Shown: positions 25,682 through 37,670 of the stretch, one piece after another
Layout: each line of letters opens with the position of its first letter
How positions within the stretch are numbered: position 1 is the stretch's first letter
Source: Podarcis cretensis
Lineage: Eukaryota
Direction of reading: 5' to 3'
DNA: 64,000 nucleotides
NCBI GenBank assembly: GCA_951804945.1
Contig: OX638151.1
Coordinates: 64,914,001-64,978,000 of the forward strand
The notes under the pieces: generated by a model
Databases searched by the model: none
Told to the model about the DNA's origin: nothing
The model's input: the letters and a program-made list of their open reading frames with translations, nothing else
Position numbers and translations under genes: made by a program

Positions 25682-27540
25682 GCTAAATAAAGCATTCAGG
25701 TTTTCTTACTATTTAGAATCTTACCATTCTGTTGTTAAATCAAGATGACTTCTATCAATCAGCAAAGTACTGCTGCACAATAAACCCCTTCATTAAAAAT
25801 ATGACGTAACAAACAAAACACCCCACAAAGAAATATAACCTTCAATTCCTGCAACAACAGTGATGTCAAATAATTTGGTGCAATTGGGAGATTGTTCTCA
25901 GTGGCCCTGAATCAGTGCTCCCCACCAACAGCTCCCCCCTCCCTGAGATGAAAGAGCATGCCACCAATTATATGATATACAGTGATATCCATGGCTGATG
26001 GATAAGGTTGGGAAATGGAAGCCTAATTCAGCACACATATCGTCCCAAGCTGGATCAAGACAAAAGAAGCATCATTAGCTGTGGTGTTGACACACTGATT
26101 GCTTCTGCCCCATTGTCTCTGGCCAAACATATTGGTGTAAGGAACGCCAACTGAAAAAAATGCAATATATATTTGTCCAAGAGTAATGGGGGAACTGTGG
26201 GTATATGTACCTTCAACTCTATGGATTTTTATTTTTTTAAAAAAAACGAGTCTGTGCCATTATTTCCATGCTGCTCAAATATTGTTTATGAATGCCAAGG
26301 CAATACTTTACAGGAGGAACATAGCACAGCTTGCTTAGCACTACATAGTGTAAGATGAAAAGAAAAAGATTGTTTTTCAGGGGTTTCGTTTCTCAATTGC
26401 CAGTTGCTAATTCTTGAAGTTCCTTGCTGCTCTGAATGGATTTCAAAACAAATCAACAGACACATGAGAGACCCGGATTATTTTTGGCTAGTGTTGAATA
26501 AATGAATAGCCCCAAATGTTTCTGACATTGTGCCAAGTATCTATGTGCATGAAGCTTAAGAGCAGTGTTTTTCAAGAAACCTTGAAGTCTGGCTGAGATT
26601 TATGGTTCTGATACTGTCATCCATTACTGTATTCAAAGGAGCTGCCTGCATAAAGGTTGGTAGAGGGCAGTCAAACCTTTTGCACCGCTCAAAATTATAT
26701 CATTAGGTGTCTGCCTATGGGCTGACTTGTTCTCAAGCCCTTAAAGCTAAACACAGCTGAGATCTAAATCCCATGACAAATGAAGGAAATGTGCAAGGAT
26801 CATGAATAACACATGGCAAATGGAATTTCTAAACATCACTCTGCCATGCAGTATAGTACACCTGATAAATGACTGTCTGTAATAATGCTGTTGAAAAGAC
26901 ACTGGAGGCAGGCCTCATGTACGACAAGAAAACCCTTAACATAAAAGTGCAATGCACATTTTAAAGCTGGCACTGATGCTCCACTGCCCTACTTCCCTCA
27001 GTCATGTAAGGATGGCATTCTTGAATATGTACATTATCATAAGGCTGGGAAAGTTTTGGGGAAAGTATACATAATACTAATAATAAAAAGGTCACCCAAA
27101 TCAAATGTTGCATCAAAAACAATCAAATTTTCTAGCTGAAAAAACTGTGCAAAATATGAGTTTATTTTGCACAGTTTAATTTGTTGTACTACCCACAGAA
27201 TTGTGTAAGGCCCCCTCCTGGATGCCTGGTTTACTTGATGTCTTCTCAGAGGTTCAGAGACATCCAATAATAATAAAATGATGAGCCAAGAAAGCAAAAT
27301 AAGGCACTCCAAAAACTACTACCGGTGCCACATAATACTCATTCCACATTTCTCCCAAGTTGCAAAGGGCGGTTTGCCAAGCTCTTCGCATTGTGAGGTG
27401 ATGCCAGCTACAAAATTGCCTGGATTTGCTAGACTCTTGCATGGAAGTTTGAACTCAGGATCCCAGTGGACACACTTTAAGAGGTTGCAGACTTGTCTAT
27501 ATATTTTATTTTTGGCTGGTTTCTGGTTTTGTCCACTCAC

Positions 27541-27776
27541 CACAGCTCCTTAACAGGAAGTACCTATGTTAAACACATCTCTGTCGATTCCAAGATGAAA
27601 GAAACATTCAAGCATTACAAGAAAGCTCCTCTCCCTCTCCCCCTCTCTTCTCTTGCCATGGGTTTCTTGCCGAGGGTCCTCTCTTTGTTCGTTTTGTCTT
27701 TCAATGTGTATTTGCTATCAGGAAGATAAGGTCTTGGAAGCAGAATCTTCCCAGCTGTTGCGACCGGGCCTTATTG

Positions 27777-27808
<32 letters not shown>

Positions 27809-27960
27809 GCTCCTGTCCGTAGACAGCAGAACGATCCAGAGCACCCGCAGGCATGGCAGGGTCAGGAGAGAGCATATGTTCTCTGTACACAGTAGCAGGA
27901 GTCCAATAGACAGCAATTAGCACCAGCCGAATGAAGATGAACGGTCATATACGTAACCTT
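27541..27960 (-). other. Candidate non-coding (5' UTR-like) exon containing a (CTG)9 tract
   Basis: No repeat family recognised; CpG-containing and GA-rich; consensus donor GTG|GTGAGT on the minus strand at 27535-27540; all three frames stop shortly before the donor. Confidence 0.3.
27781..27808. repeat. (CAG)9 trinucleotide repeat
   Basis: Direct reading. Confidence 0.95.
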
Positions 27961-29011
27961 CATAAAAATGTCATGGAAAGGGGAAAATCCTACACCATAT
28001 GAATCCAAGTGATGTGTCCTCCTTGGTAGAAAGGAAAAGGCTGTGGCATGCCTTCTCCCTTGCTCATTCTTGCAACCAGGAATGTCAAAGCAGCCTTTTT
28101 ATTACAAAGCCCTTTCTTTGAGGTTGCAGCTCAAGTCATATGTAATGTCTGGGCAGCGCAGAGAGTGAGTTTGGCTCAATTTTTTTTTTTTAAAAAAAAA
28201 GCATTTTCATCCTTCCCTCACCCAAATTGGGTATCAGAGCAGGAACAGATCAATAAAAACTAAGATCTTCCCCGCCCCTAGGATTACAATAAAAAAGACA
28301 TGCAGCAAAATGAAAAAAGGATGAGAGAGAGGAGGAAAAGAACAAACTTGGCATTTTGGGTTTAGTATGTCAGTCAGTGGGATTGGTATCAGTCCTTGTT
28401 TCATTATTAAATCATGTCTAGGAAAACCATTTTCCAAAATATATGGAAAGATTCTCTCCAGGTAGCTCCTGAATTACAAGTGCTATGTGGACTGTGGTAG
28501 CATGATCCTGCATATCTAGTACTAGGACAGAGAAAATAAAACCATCTCTGTCCCCTTTCTTCTCACTGCAACCTCAATTGTGTCCCACCACCACAATCAC
28601 TTCCCTTTTTTCTAAACAAAAAAAGCCTTTAATAGATAGGCACACCAAGTAAAAATAAATAAAACTAGGAACTTTCTATTTGTAGCAATTAAGTTTGTAG
28701 TAAAGTATTTGTAACAGCTATATTTTTTGAGAGCTTCTGATAAGGCAGGAGTGGCATACACTTGGCAGCTTTTGGGGAGATGGTGTTCCTAGACATAATT
28801 TAATAACGAAACAGACTGATACCAATCCCTTTGTTAGGATTACTTAGGATATGAGCTGGGCCAAATGGAGGCTGTTTGAGTAAAGAATTTACTTTATATT
28901 TTTTGTTAGATGCCAGGATGGTTGTTCTAAGGAAATTGAACTTTCCTGAGAAGTTAATTAAGTTTTTGTGGTATTGTTAAGCTAGAGGACAAATATAACA
29001 AGATACATTTT

Positions 29012-29714
29012 TTAAAAAAATATAATCCATTTATTAATTTGATTTATTATATTTCTATGCTGCTTTTCATTCACGTGAATTGCAAAGCGGCTTGCAAAAA
29101 ATAAATAGCAATAATGAAATGGAACGTCACGAATACGATACAAATCATAGAGAATACTGTATTTTTTTTAAGAAACCGTATTTTTTATTAAAGATTTCTT
29201 GGTTTACAAAACTACGTGTAATGTCTCTTTTTTCAAGTTACATTTTCTACAGATCAGTTTCATTTGTTGAGACAGTGTTACATTAGGAAGAAAAGGGGGG
29301 AGGAGGTGGAGGGGGGCATGGTGGATGGGGGTGGAGTCGGGTGGCAATGATTATGTTTTACTTAATGTATGTTTTGTGTCAGCTTCGCTTGTGTTCCTTT
29401 GGTGGTGGGAGAGGTTGGGGTTGGCCTAGGGTGTGGTTGTTTGTGATTGGCTGTGCTGAACTTTGTTTTCATGTGTGAGTGGAGTGGGTGTGTGTTTTTG
29501 AATCAGGTTAGCCATATTGATTCGTATGCTGTTGGTGGATTTTTGTCATTATCTTGTTGGGCTGTGTATGTGATAAAGGGGAGCCATACCAGGGTGAAGA
29601 TGTCTCCTTCCATTTGTCCCCATGTCACTTTCAGTTTATTGGTTAGTTTTTCTAATAAGGCTGTTTCCCATACTATTTGATACCATTGGTCCATGCTTAC
29701 TCCTGACAGGTCTT
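29012..29714 (-). mobile_element. 5'-truncated L1 with extra 3' segment, 14-bp TSD
   Basis: ORF 29503-29694 (WYQIVWETALLEKLT..W.PFITY) is an L1 C-terminus; TSD ACAAGATACATTTT at 28998-29011 and 29715-29728. Confidence 0.82.
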
Positions 29715-31483
29715 ACAAGATACATTTTCAATTATGTGGCAAAAAGTATTTTGTATATAATGCCTCCTGTGAAATATGCTACTATTTGGAATTATTTGAA
29801 ACTTTTCAGTTTCAAGTGAAAATGTCATAAGGATCTTAGGGATAACTTGATATTTATCAACATAGTAATATCAATAATAATAGTCTTTCCTAGGGTTTGT
29901 GAATGCAACAACCAAAATTTGTTTTAGTGTGCATGTTTTTAATTTCAGTTTTCATGCAATGGTTTTTTTCCCTATTCATTTTTTTTTTTTGTATGCTATT
30001 GAACTTTACATTAGTGGTTAAATAAATAAAAAGATTTATAAATGAGCAGTCAGGAATAAGCATAGGAGCCCATAATATCCTCAGGCTAACAAAGCAAAAA
30101 TTCAATTTTGTTGGGGGGAGGGGAGAGGAAACCCTCTCCTTAAGAAATTAAAACACTATTATCTTTTCAAAGACAGCTTATAGCTGCACAGACATATGCC
30201 TTGCAATGCCATCCTATCTTCCTGCTAACTTGCTAGGGTGCTGACAGCGTTCTGCCTGCAGAATGCATTTAACCCTGAAGGCCCTCTTAAAAGGGCATGG
30301 CGTATTTCTTCACAAACCTTCATGCTCCTAGAAAGCGAAGAGAAATATGTGACTGCAAAAATAGCATTTGAACGTGTTACCTTTGCAGAGCAATGAATCG
30401 CCTTTGGACAGAGGGAAACTGACCCCCTCCTCCTCTCTTATCCATCTCCTCACCCCTACCTCCAAGAACATCTGGTTTTGAAATATTAACTCATAAGGAC
30501 TATTGACTTAAGATGATTAAATGAGGCAACTGTTTTCCATCAATAGTCCTAAAATCCTTTTTATTATCTTCCCCATGTCAGACTTTGATAAGGAGCAAGA
30601 AAGATGAAGCTATTTATATTGCGGACGACTGCTACCAAAAGTATTTAAAACCAGCTACGCAGCTAAGTCAAGAGTGTGCGTCTAAATCAGCCAAAATGAA
30701 AGACTTCGCTTTCAAAGAAGTTATTAAAACTGACAAAACCAGTTTTGACCTTACAATCTTTTCGGTGTCAAAATCATTCTTGCTTTTATTATAAGGAGAC
30801 GCTCGAACCATTCTCTGTAAAGGTTGGTTGGAAATTTGCTTCAGAGCAAACATGCATTTGTTTGTCTTCATTTTGGATGAATGTAGGCAATTCTTTTAGA
30901 GTAGCAGTTTAGCATGGAGTGAATAGAACCAACTTCTTGAACTGGTCAGCTGCCTGAGCAACTATCCCTCTAAGGCAATAAAGAGAGCTGCTTCTGCTGC
31001 AATGGATTAACATGGGGACCTTTCTGCATATCTTACCAAGAGCCTATCTACCACCCCCTTGCTTCCCCAGCTTTCTAACTGAGCACAAGGACAGCGTAAG
31101 ATTATTTTCAGCACTTTTCTAGAAAAGCAGCTGATCCGATGGGAAAATTGTACCTGAGCTGCTTTCTTTAAAATCAGTTTTTATTAACGATTTTCTTTTG
31201 TTACAAAACAAACAAATAAACGAGGAGGTGTACATATAGCACCCCTACTTTCAAGCCAGTCTTTTGAGTTACTGGTGGGAGCAACATTAGGAGGCAACAT
31301 TAGGAGGCAGAGTCACAGCAAGGGTCCTGCTTACTGGGAGGGAAAATAGCCTCTTCGATTGCAGGGAGCCAGGGGTGGTGGTGGCAGGTAAGCCCTGTCC
31401 CACATAATAAATCACAAGACATAGCACACAAATGCCATTTGAATGGCAATTTGAATGGCCCACAAATATTTTATTGGGGGGTG

Positions 31484-31824
31484 CAGCGGCATAGCTAGCC
31501 GCTCAGGTGCCTGGTACGGGGGCGTGTCCTGCAGCTGGGGGCCAGGCAATCGGTCCATTGGGGCCGGGCGATCCTCTCTGCTGCTTGGAGCCTCTTCGCC
31601 ACTTCCCCCTCCGCTGTAGGGCAGCTGATGGAGAGGCAGTAGGCAGACACAAGTCCCACGCTGCCGTTTCAGACAGCATGGAACCTGCAGGCGCCTAAGC
31701 CACCATGTCACTCCTAAAAAGTTCTGCGAGCCCATTTTTTTTTTTTTAAATCATTTTTTCACCTCCTCTCAGTAATGACACCCGGGGTGGGCTACACCCC
31801 CTGCACCCCCTTCCTCTGCCACTG
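31484..31824. mobile_element. GC-rich non-autonomous hAT-like element
   Basis: Ends CAGCGGCATAG / CTCTGCCACTG; near-TSD GGGGGGTG vs GGGGGGGC. Confidence 0.55.
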
Positions 31825-32639
31825 GGGGGGGCGGGTGAAGGCCCCTTGGCTGCTAGGAGTTGGCTCCTTTGCTGGGAGGAGAAAGCTTGAGCGGAGCCAG
31901 ACAGGAACTTCTGCTAGTGCACCTGCACAGCCTCAGGGCAGATGTATGGTACACCCCCTAGGGATGAATGTCAATTTCAGCTCTCCATGTTTCTACAAAA
32001 AAATAGTATTTAAAAAAAAAAATCTTCATGAGAATTCACCAGCATTTTACTGCTCATTTCTCCAAGTAAACACATGTTTGTATGCATTTGGTGTGATCCA
32101 TCAGGGCTGTTCTTTATGTTTTTATCCAAGCACAATGTTAATAACAGTGGGGATCACAGGTGAAATGCTGACCTCATTGGAAAGAGGAAAGAAGCAGGGA
32201 AATAGCCAGAAAGATGCAAAGCACCACTTGGTCCTATCTAGCCCTAGACACTTGCTGCCACTTCTATATGGAGCAAACGACACTCCAACATTAAGTGCCT
32301 TATGGACAGTTTAGCAAACCGAGTTCTATAAGTAAAAGCCAACCGTAATATTAGAAATGGTGTTTATTTTATAGCCTAGAAACTGCATCTTAAATGTTAG
32401 TGCAGGTTTATATGACAGTTCTATTTAATATAAAATAGACCTATTACAGAGAAAACCCTTTTTGCCTGTTTTTATCTGTGTTTAAATGGCACAGCCAGCC
32501 CTGCAACTCTTCAAATAAGACATTTTAAAAACCTTATTTATATTACAGCCATAACAAACTCGCAACTAGAAAATTATAATGGGCACAAACAGCTAATAAA
32601 AATGAGATTGTTGAGAAATACTTCTTAATAGCGGCTTAC

Positions 32640-32870
32640 GAGGGATCCTGATAAAGCAGAGCCGAGGCTCTCTCTGCTTGGAAAAGGGCCACTGCTTCTA
32701 AGCAGAGCCATTTGGCAGAAGGCACTGCTCTCTACCTTTCCAATCCCTGCGTGACCAACTTTCTCCAGGGCTGCTGAAGAACAGGTTTTGGGGGAAGTGT
32801 CTTCCCCGCTGTTCTTGAAAGTGCCTTGCTGCCTCCAAGTCATTGCTGGGTTGGCGGACGTTTTCTTTTC
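32640..32870 (-). other. Candidate 231-nt exon of an unidentified transcript
   Basis: Minus-strand acceptor TTCCTGTTGATATTAG|G and donor CTC|GTAAGC; phase-0 frame open throughout (EKKTSANPAMTWRQQGTF...SALSGSL); protein not recognised. Confidence 0.28.
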
Positions 32871-33071
32871 CTAATATCAACAGGAACAACTTCAAAATGA
32901 AACCAACAGACAGTGGGAAACCATGAACCAATTGACCGTGGGACATGGGTGGATGGGATAAAGGAGCTAGAAAATCTCAGGCAGCTGCAGGGATATAAGA
33001 AGCAGACAGGTACCTCTGTGGGACTGCTGGTCCATGCAATGCTCTTTCTGACAGGCTATAGTACTGCATTA

Positions 33072-33288
33072 CAGTGGTACCTCGGGTTACAAACACTTTG
33101 GGTTACAGACTCCGCTAACCCAGAAATAATACCTCGGGTTAAGAATTTTACCTCAGGATGAGAACAGAAATCTCATGGTGGCGGCGTGGCAGGCCCCATT
33201 AGCTAAAGTGGTGCCTTTGGCTAAGAACTGTTTCAGGTTAAGAACAGACCTCCGGAATAAATTAAGTTCATAACCAGAGGTACCACTG
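33072..33288. mobile_element. Tigger-like MITE copy 2, TA TSD
   Basis: Same TIRs and body as 24653-24883. Confidence 0.9.
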
Positions 33289-33857
33289 TATTGTGGGTTT
33301 GCCTGCGTAGCTCCTTCCAGCATTTTCTGTCAGGAGGTTGTATCTAGCATTTGAACCTGGGACCTTATGTGTTCTAGAACTGTGCTCCCTAAGTCCTGTC
33401 TGGTTCCCAATGGCATTACAAGCATTCAGTTACATCTCTTTCTTAGAGACATGAAGGTCCTGAAAAACAAAGAGAAAAGTTTGGAGGACCTGATTAGTTT
33501 TCTTGAATTTTTTTTTTTTTTTTAAGTAACTGAAGAAAAGAGAACTGGGAGGGTCAGGCCTCATATCTCCAGACTTTCTTCTTGCTGTGGTCTGTGGTTA
33601 GCAAGCTGTTCTGCAGAATGGGTGTTACAGAGTCTAGCCTTTTTTCTTCCACCCACTTTGCACTCTGTCATAAACGTTGCTCGCCAAGCTATGAACAGAA
33701 CTTGAAACCCCCTTTGCGGTTCCTCATCCGAGTGCTCTTTCTTGTGTAGATAACCAGAGGGGTGCTGGCCTCTCTTGGCTTCCTGTCGTGGGTCTCACTG
33801 TTTCTTGAGCACTTGGCCCACACCCTTAGAAAAAATGTTTGTATTCATGCTGTAAGG

Positions 33858-34224
33858 CAGGGGTCGGCAAGGCTTACCAGGCATGGGCCAGATCACTCCC
33901 GTGGAGATCCTCCGTGGGCCGGACCGGTGCAGCACGATGCCAGAAATTGCTTCTGCACATGCCCAGACACCGAAAATCACGCCTGCACAGAAGCGATTTT
34001 CAGCATCTGGGCATGTGTAGAAGCGATTTCCGGCACGGCAGACATGCGTAGATGCAATTTCCGGAGCCACGGAAGAGTTTCCGTGCCACGCAGTGCTGGT
34101 TTATCACAGCGTGCGGGGACTCACCAAGCGGGCAGCTCAGTTTGGTTCGGGGGCGGCTCATGGGCCGGTTAAGCAACCCTCATGGACTGCTTTCAGCCCA
34201 TGGACCTTAGGTTGCCGACCTCTG
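33858..34224. mobile_element. hAT MITE with 8-bp TSD
   Basis: TIRs CAGGGGTCGGCAA / TTGCCGACCTCTG; TSD CTGTAAGG (33850-33857) vs CTGTGAGG (34225-34232); internal GAAGCGATTT repeats. Confidence 0.88.
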
Positions 34225-34422
34225 CTGTGAGGCGACTTGTGTAATGTGCAGGCTGGCAACATGGGGTCATTTTGCCATTGTCATACATGGCTTGGTTCTG
34301 AGGGGCTAATGAGGGGAAATCGCCTGTGCACAATGGCACGACTGGTGATCATGGCAGCGTTGCTATGGATGCTGTGAAACTGCTGTGTTGCATATGGACT
34401 TGCAGCTAACTGAGCTCCATTC

Positions 34423-34522
34423 TAGAATCATAGAATCATAGAATCATAGAGTTGGAAGAGACCACAAGGGCCATCGAATCCAACCCCCTGCCAAGCAGGA
34501 AACACCATCAGAGCACTCCTGA
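34423..34522 (-). mobile_element. Extremely truncated young CR1 (100 bp)
   Basis: Near-identical to 18448-18547, including the (TTCTATGA)3 tail. Confidence 0.92.
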
Positions 34523-35282
34523 TCTAATCTGCTTCTAATCCACTTCTAATGTGCTTCTTTTGCCTGACCTTTCTTGACTCCTGTGTCTGGCCTAGTAATA
34601 TTGGGGAAGCAGTGCAGAACAACTTAGAGGGACAAATGGCATGTGGATGCTCCAATCTAAGTCAATCACCAATGAATTATCATTGTGCCAATGACACCAG
34701 CAAAGAGACCACCACGCTGAAGGGGTCTTTCCTTTATTTTATCCACTCCCGCCCCAAAACAAGATGTATATAACTGGAACAGAAATCTGTTATGCTTCCA
34801 AATTTATCCCACAAACTTGGGTGTGTGCATGTGCGAGTGCAGGCATTGATTTATAAAATTGTTTTATGTAAAGTCCTATTGTTAGTACAGTAAGCACTAA
34901 ATAACTTTGAGCCAGACCTGAGGGGTTGCCTTTCTCCAGACATTTCTGTCCCTACCCATGGAGAGTGGCTGGAGTGGTGCTTTTCACTGTGCCTCATGCA
35001 ATTCATCTGGCAGCTTCTATGAAAGGAGCATTTTTTGTGTGATTGCACCAGTTCTGTAGAATGCTTTGCCAGTGCATTCTGCCTCTGGGTTTGTATTCAT
35101 AAAAATTTACTTTGCAACATTTACTTTCTATATGTGGGGTGGTGGGATAAGACAGGTGATTTATTGTCTACACAAGGAATCATGTATTGGGTTTGAATAT
35201 GATGCATTATCATCCACTGCCCCCCCCCTTTTTTTGCTTTTTGGCATCTGGCAAACTGAGAAAGAGAGCTATTAACAGGATA

Positions 35283-35374
35283 TGCTGAACAATCCTATGT
35301 ATGTCAACTCAGAGGAAAGTTCTGCTGAGTTAATTGGGACTTTCTCCTGTATAATTATGCATAGAATTTCAGCC
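35283..35374. mobile_element. Small palindromic MITE (CAATCCTAT...CATAG(A/G)ATT family)
   Basis: Degenerate terminal inverted symmetry; partial copies near 9580-9650, 25229-25272 and 46728-46790. Confidence 0.4.
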
Positions 35375-35577
35375 TGCACTCAGTTTCATAGGCAGATTGG
35401 TTACCTCTGTGCACCACCACTTTCCTTTCTGTGAAATGGGTTGTTCAAACTGATTTGTTACACTAGCAAACGCCATGGCTCTGTTTTACAGTGATCTGCT
35501 GCACGTTCCACTTCAACAGGCCGAATGGGCACCATACGCCATTGACAGTTGCTACATTCTTTCTTTATGGAACTAAT

Positions 35578-35691
35578 AATCATAGCATTGCAGAGCTGGA
35601 AGGGACCATGAGGATCATCTAGTCCAACCCCTCAATCTCTTGCTCAACCTGGGACTTGAACCCATGATCCTGAGATTAAGAGTATCACACT
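35578..35691 (-). mobile_element. SINE-like element: tRNA-Lys(CTT)-like head plus CR1 tail
   Basis: 35641-35691 matches the reverse complement of tRNA-Lys-CTT (CTCTTAATCTCAGG.TC.TGGGTTC.AG.CCCA.GTTG); 35578-35631 matches the CR1 3' tail. Confidence 0.75.
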
Positions 35692-37146
35692 GTGAATATG
35701 CTGTACAGTATAGTTTGTTGCTGAGGATGCATAGGATCTCAACTACTTTACCCAAACCCATTTTAGTGGCTGCTGCTGGACCCCAGAGGACTGCCCTGTT
35801 AAGGGAGTTAGGTTTGCCCCAACTGACAGTGAATCTGACCATTTCCCATAAGCTGGAAATAGATTGGAGCTATTAACATGTTTTTTAAGCTATGCTAATG
35901 AGATTTGCCTTTACTTGCATAGTTGCCCTTCTTAACATGAGTGCCTTAATAGAGTAAAATGTTTATCCTGGTAAGACATCAAAGGCAGTGATTTTAGAAA
36001 TTGGATTTTATATAACGCAGGACCCCCTGAACTTTCTCCGAAGGTTCACTGCATCAGTTATCACTAATCATCTGAGAGTCTGGTGTTCTACCAACGAAAA
36101 CATAACATGATGAATAATGGAATCCTCCACATTTGAAGTGAAATATGGATTAAAAGTCTGAAAGAAAAGTAAGGTAATGTGTTACAGGGGGCTAGCGTCT
36201 GAAATAGCAACAGTGTGTGTTAACCATGTTTGAACTTTAACTTTTTAAAATAAAATTAAAGGGAACAGTACTTAAACTACAGTAAGATCTGCCGATTCAG
36301 AAACACATTTAGCTACAATCCACATAGGAGTTTGTGATGCTTAATTAATTCCATTCAGAGCTCAGATGGGGAAACACAAGCAAAGAGTTAAAACGTCACT
36401 CTTTTTGAGTTTGCTACAGATCTTGTATTTGCTGACACAAATTAAGAGGTAAGTGGATCACAAGGAAACATTTTCTTCTCTTTGAAGTAAGGTAGAAGCA
36501 GGAAGAGGGTCAAGCTAAATTTCCCAGGAGGAAAATTAAGGGCCCCTCCCTGGCTCGCCAAGCCTATATACACTCACACATTCACTGAGCAGAGGTTTTA
36601 AAAAGTGAGAGGAAGAAGGTTTTGGAGAAAGAGTATGGGAATGGCCAGGCATACTAGGGGATGTGCACAGGGTAGTGGTGGAGTAGATGTTGTGCAGGCA
36701 ACCGGTCTAAATATATTAATTCAAATGTGAGCTATAATATACATTGCAAAAGTAGACTCCTTGCCTAGGAATCCTGCAAGGTTGCACCAACAGGTTAAGT
36801 AAGTGGCATGATGAGAATAACTGTGCAGGATTGTTTGGTCCAAGTTTTATTCAAAAGTTGTAGCATCTAAACAAATACCTGCATAGGTGCAGCTCCCCCA
36901 CCTACCCTGACATGTGTCCTCTGAGTACTTACAGCTGATTTGTAGAATCTTTCAAGGCACAAGGCCCATATCACACATTACTTTATGAGTATAGCATGTG
37001 GGTTCTGCATACTCCTACTGTTCCAGAACATCTACTACTATGTGTAGAAGCCAGCAATGATTCGCAGGGTAAATTCTTGATTTGCTTGCTTTCTCCAGTT
37101 GTGGATAGTGATTTACTTACATGGCTCCCTTCCCCTCACTGGCAAA

Positions 37147-37670
37147 GGGGCATAGCTCAGTGGAAGAGAGCATGCTTGGCATGCAGAAGGTCCCAGATTT
37201 AATCTCAGGCATTTTGGCTTTAAAAAAAGAATAGTAGCAGGTGGATGAGCATTACCTCCCAACCTGAGAGGGTGAGAGCTGCTGCTGCTCTTGAGAGAGG
37301 ACAATGCAAGGAAAACAAGACAAGTATGATGGATCAGGTCAATGACTTATCTAGTCCAGCATCCTTTTTTTCACAGTGGCCAACTAGAGCCAAGCATAAG
37401 AGCACTCCCCCCTCCTGTGCTTTCCAGCAACTAGTATTTGGAAGCGTTTTGGCTTCCAGCTGTGAAGCAGAGCATAGCCACCATGGCTAATAGCTACAAT
37501 AGTCCTCTCCATGAATTTGTCTAATCCTCTTTCAAAGTCATCTAGGCTGGTGGCAATCCCTGCCTCCTGCGGACAGCTGCTTCCAGCCAGAGTAAACAAT
37601 ACTGGTCTAGATAGATACATAAGGGAGATGGTCCAATGACTTGATGGTATACAAGGCAGATTCATATGGT
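37147..37670 (+). mobile_element. Squam3-like SINE interrupted by an antisense CR1-type 3' fragment
   Basis: tRNA head GGGGCATAGCTCAGTGG at 37147; SINE body resumes near 37575; AGCTGCT occurs at 37277-37283 and 37575-37581 around the insert. Confidence 0.55.

Noticed and set aside
27653-27916. Poly-Q (plus) and poly-L (minus) ORFs
   Set aside because: Products of the CAG repeat; non-ATG starts and no recognisable domain.
31775-32314. 179-aa ORF
   Set aside because: Runs across several unrelated repeat fragments with no coherent protein signature.
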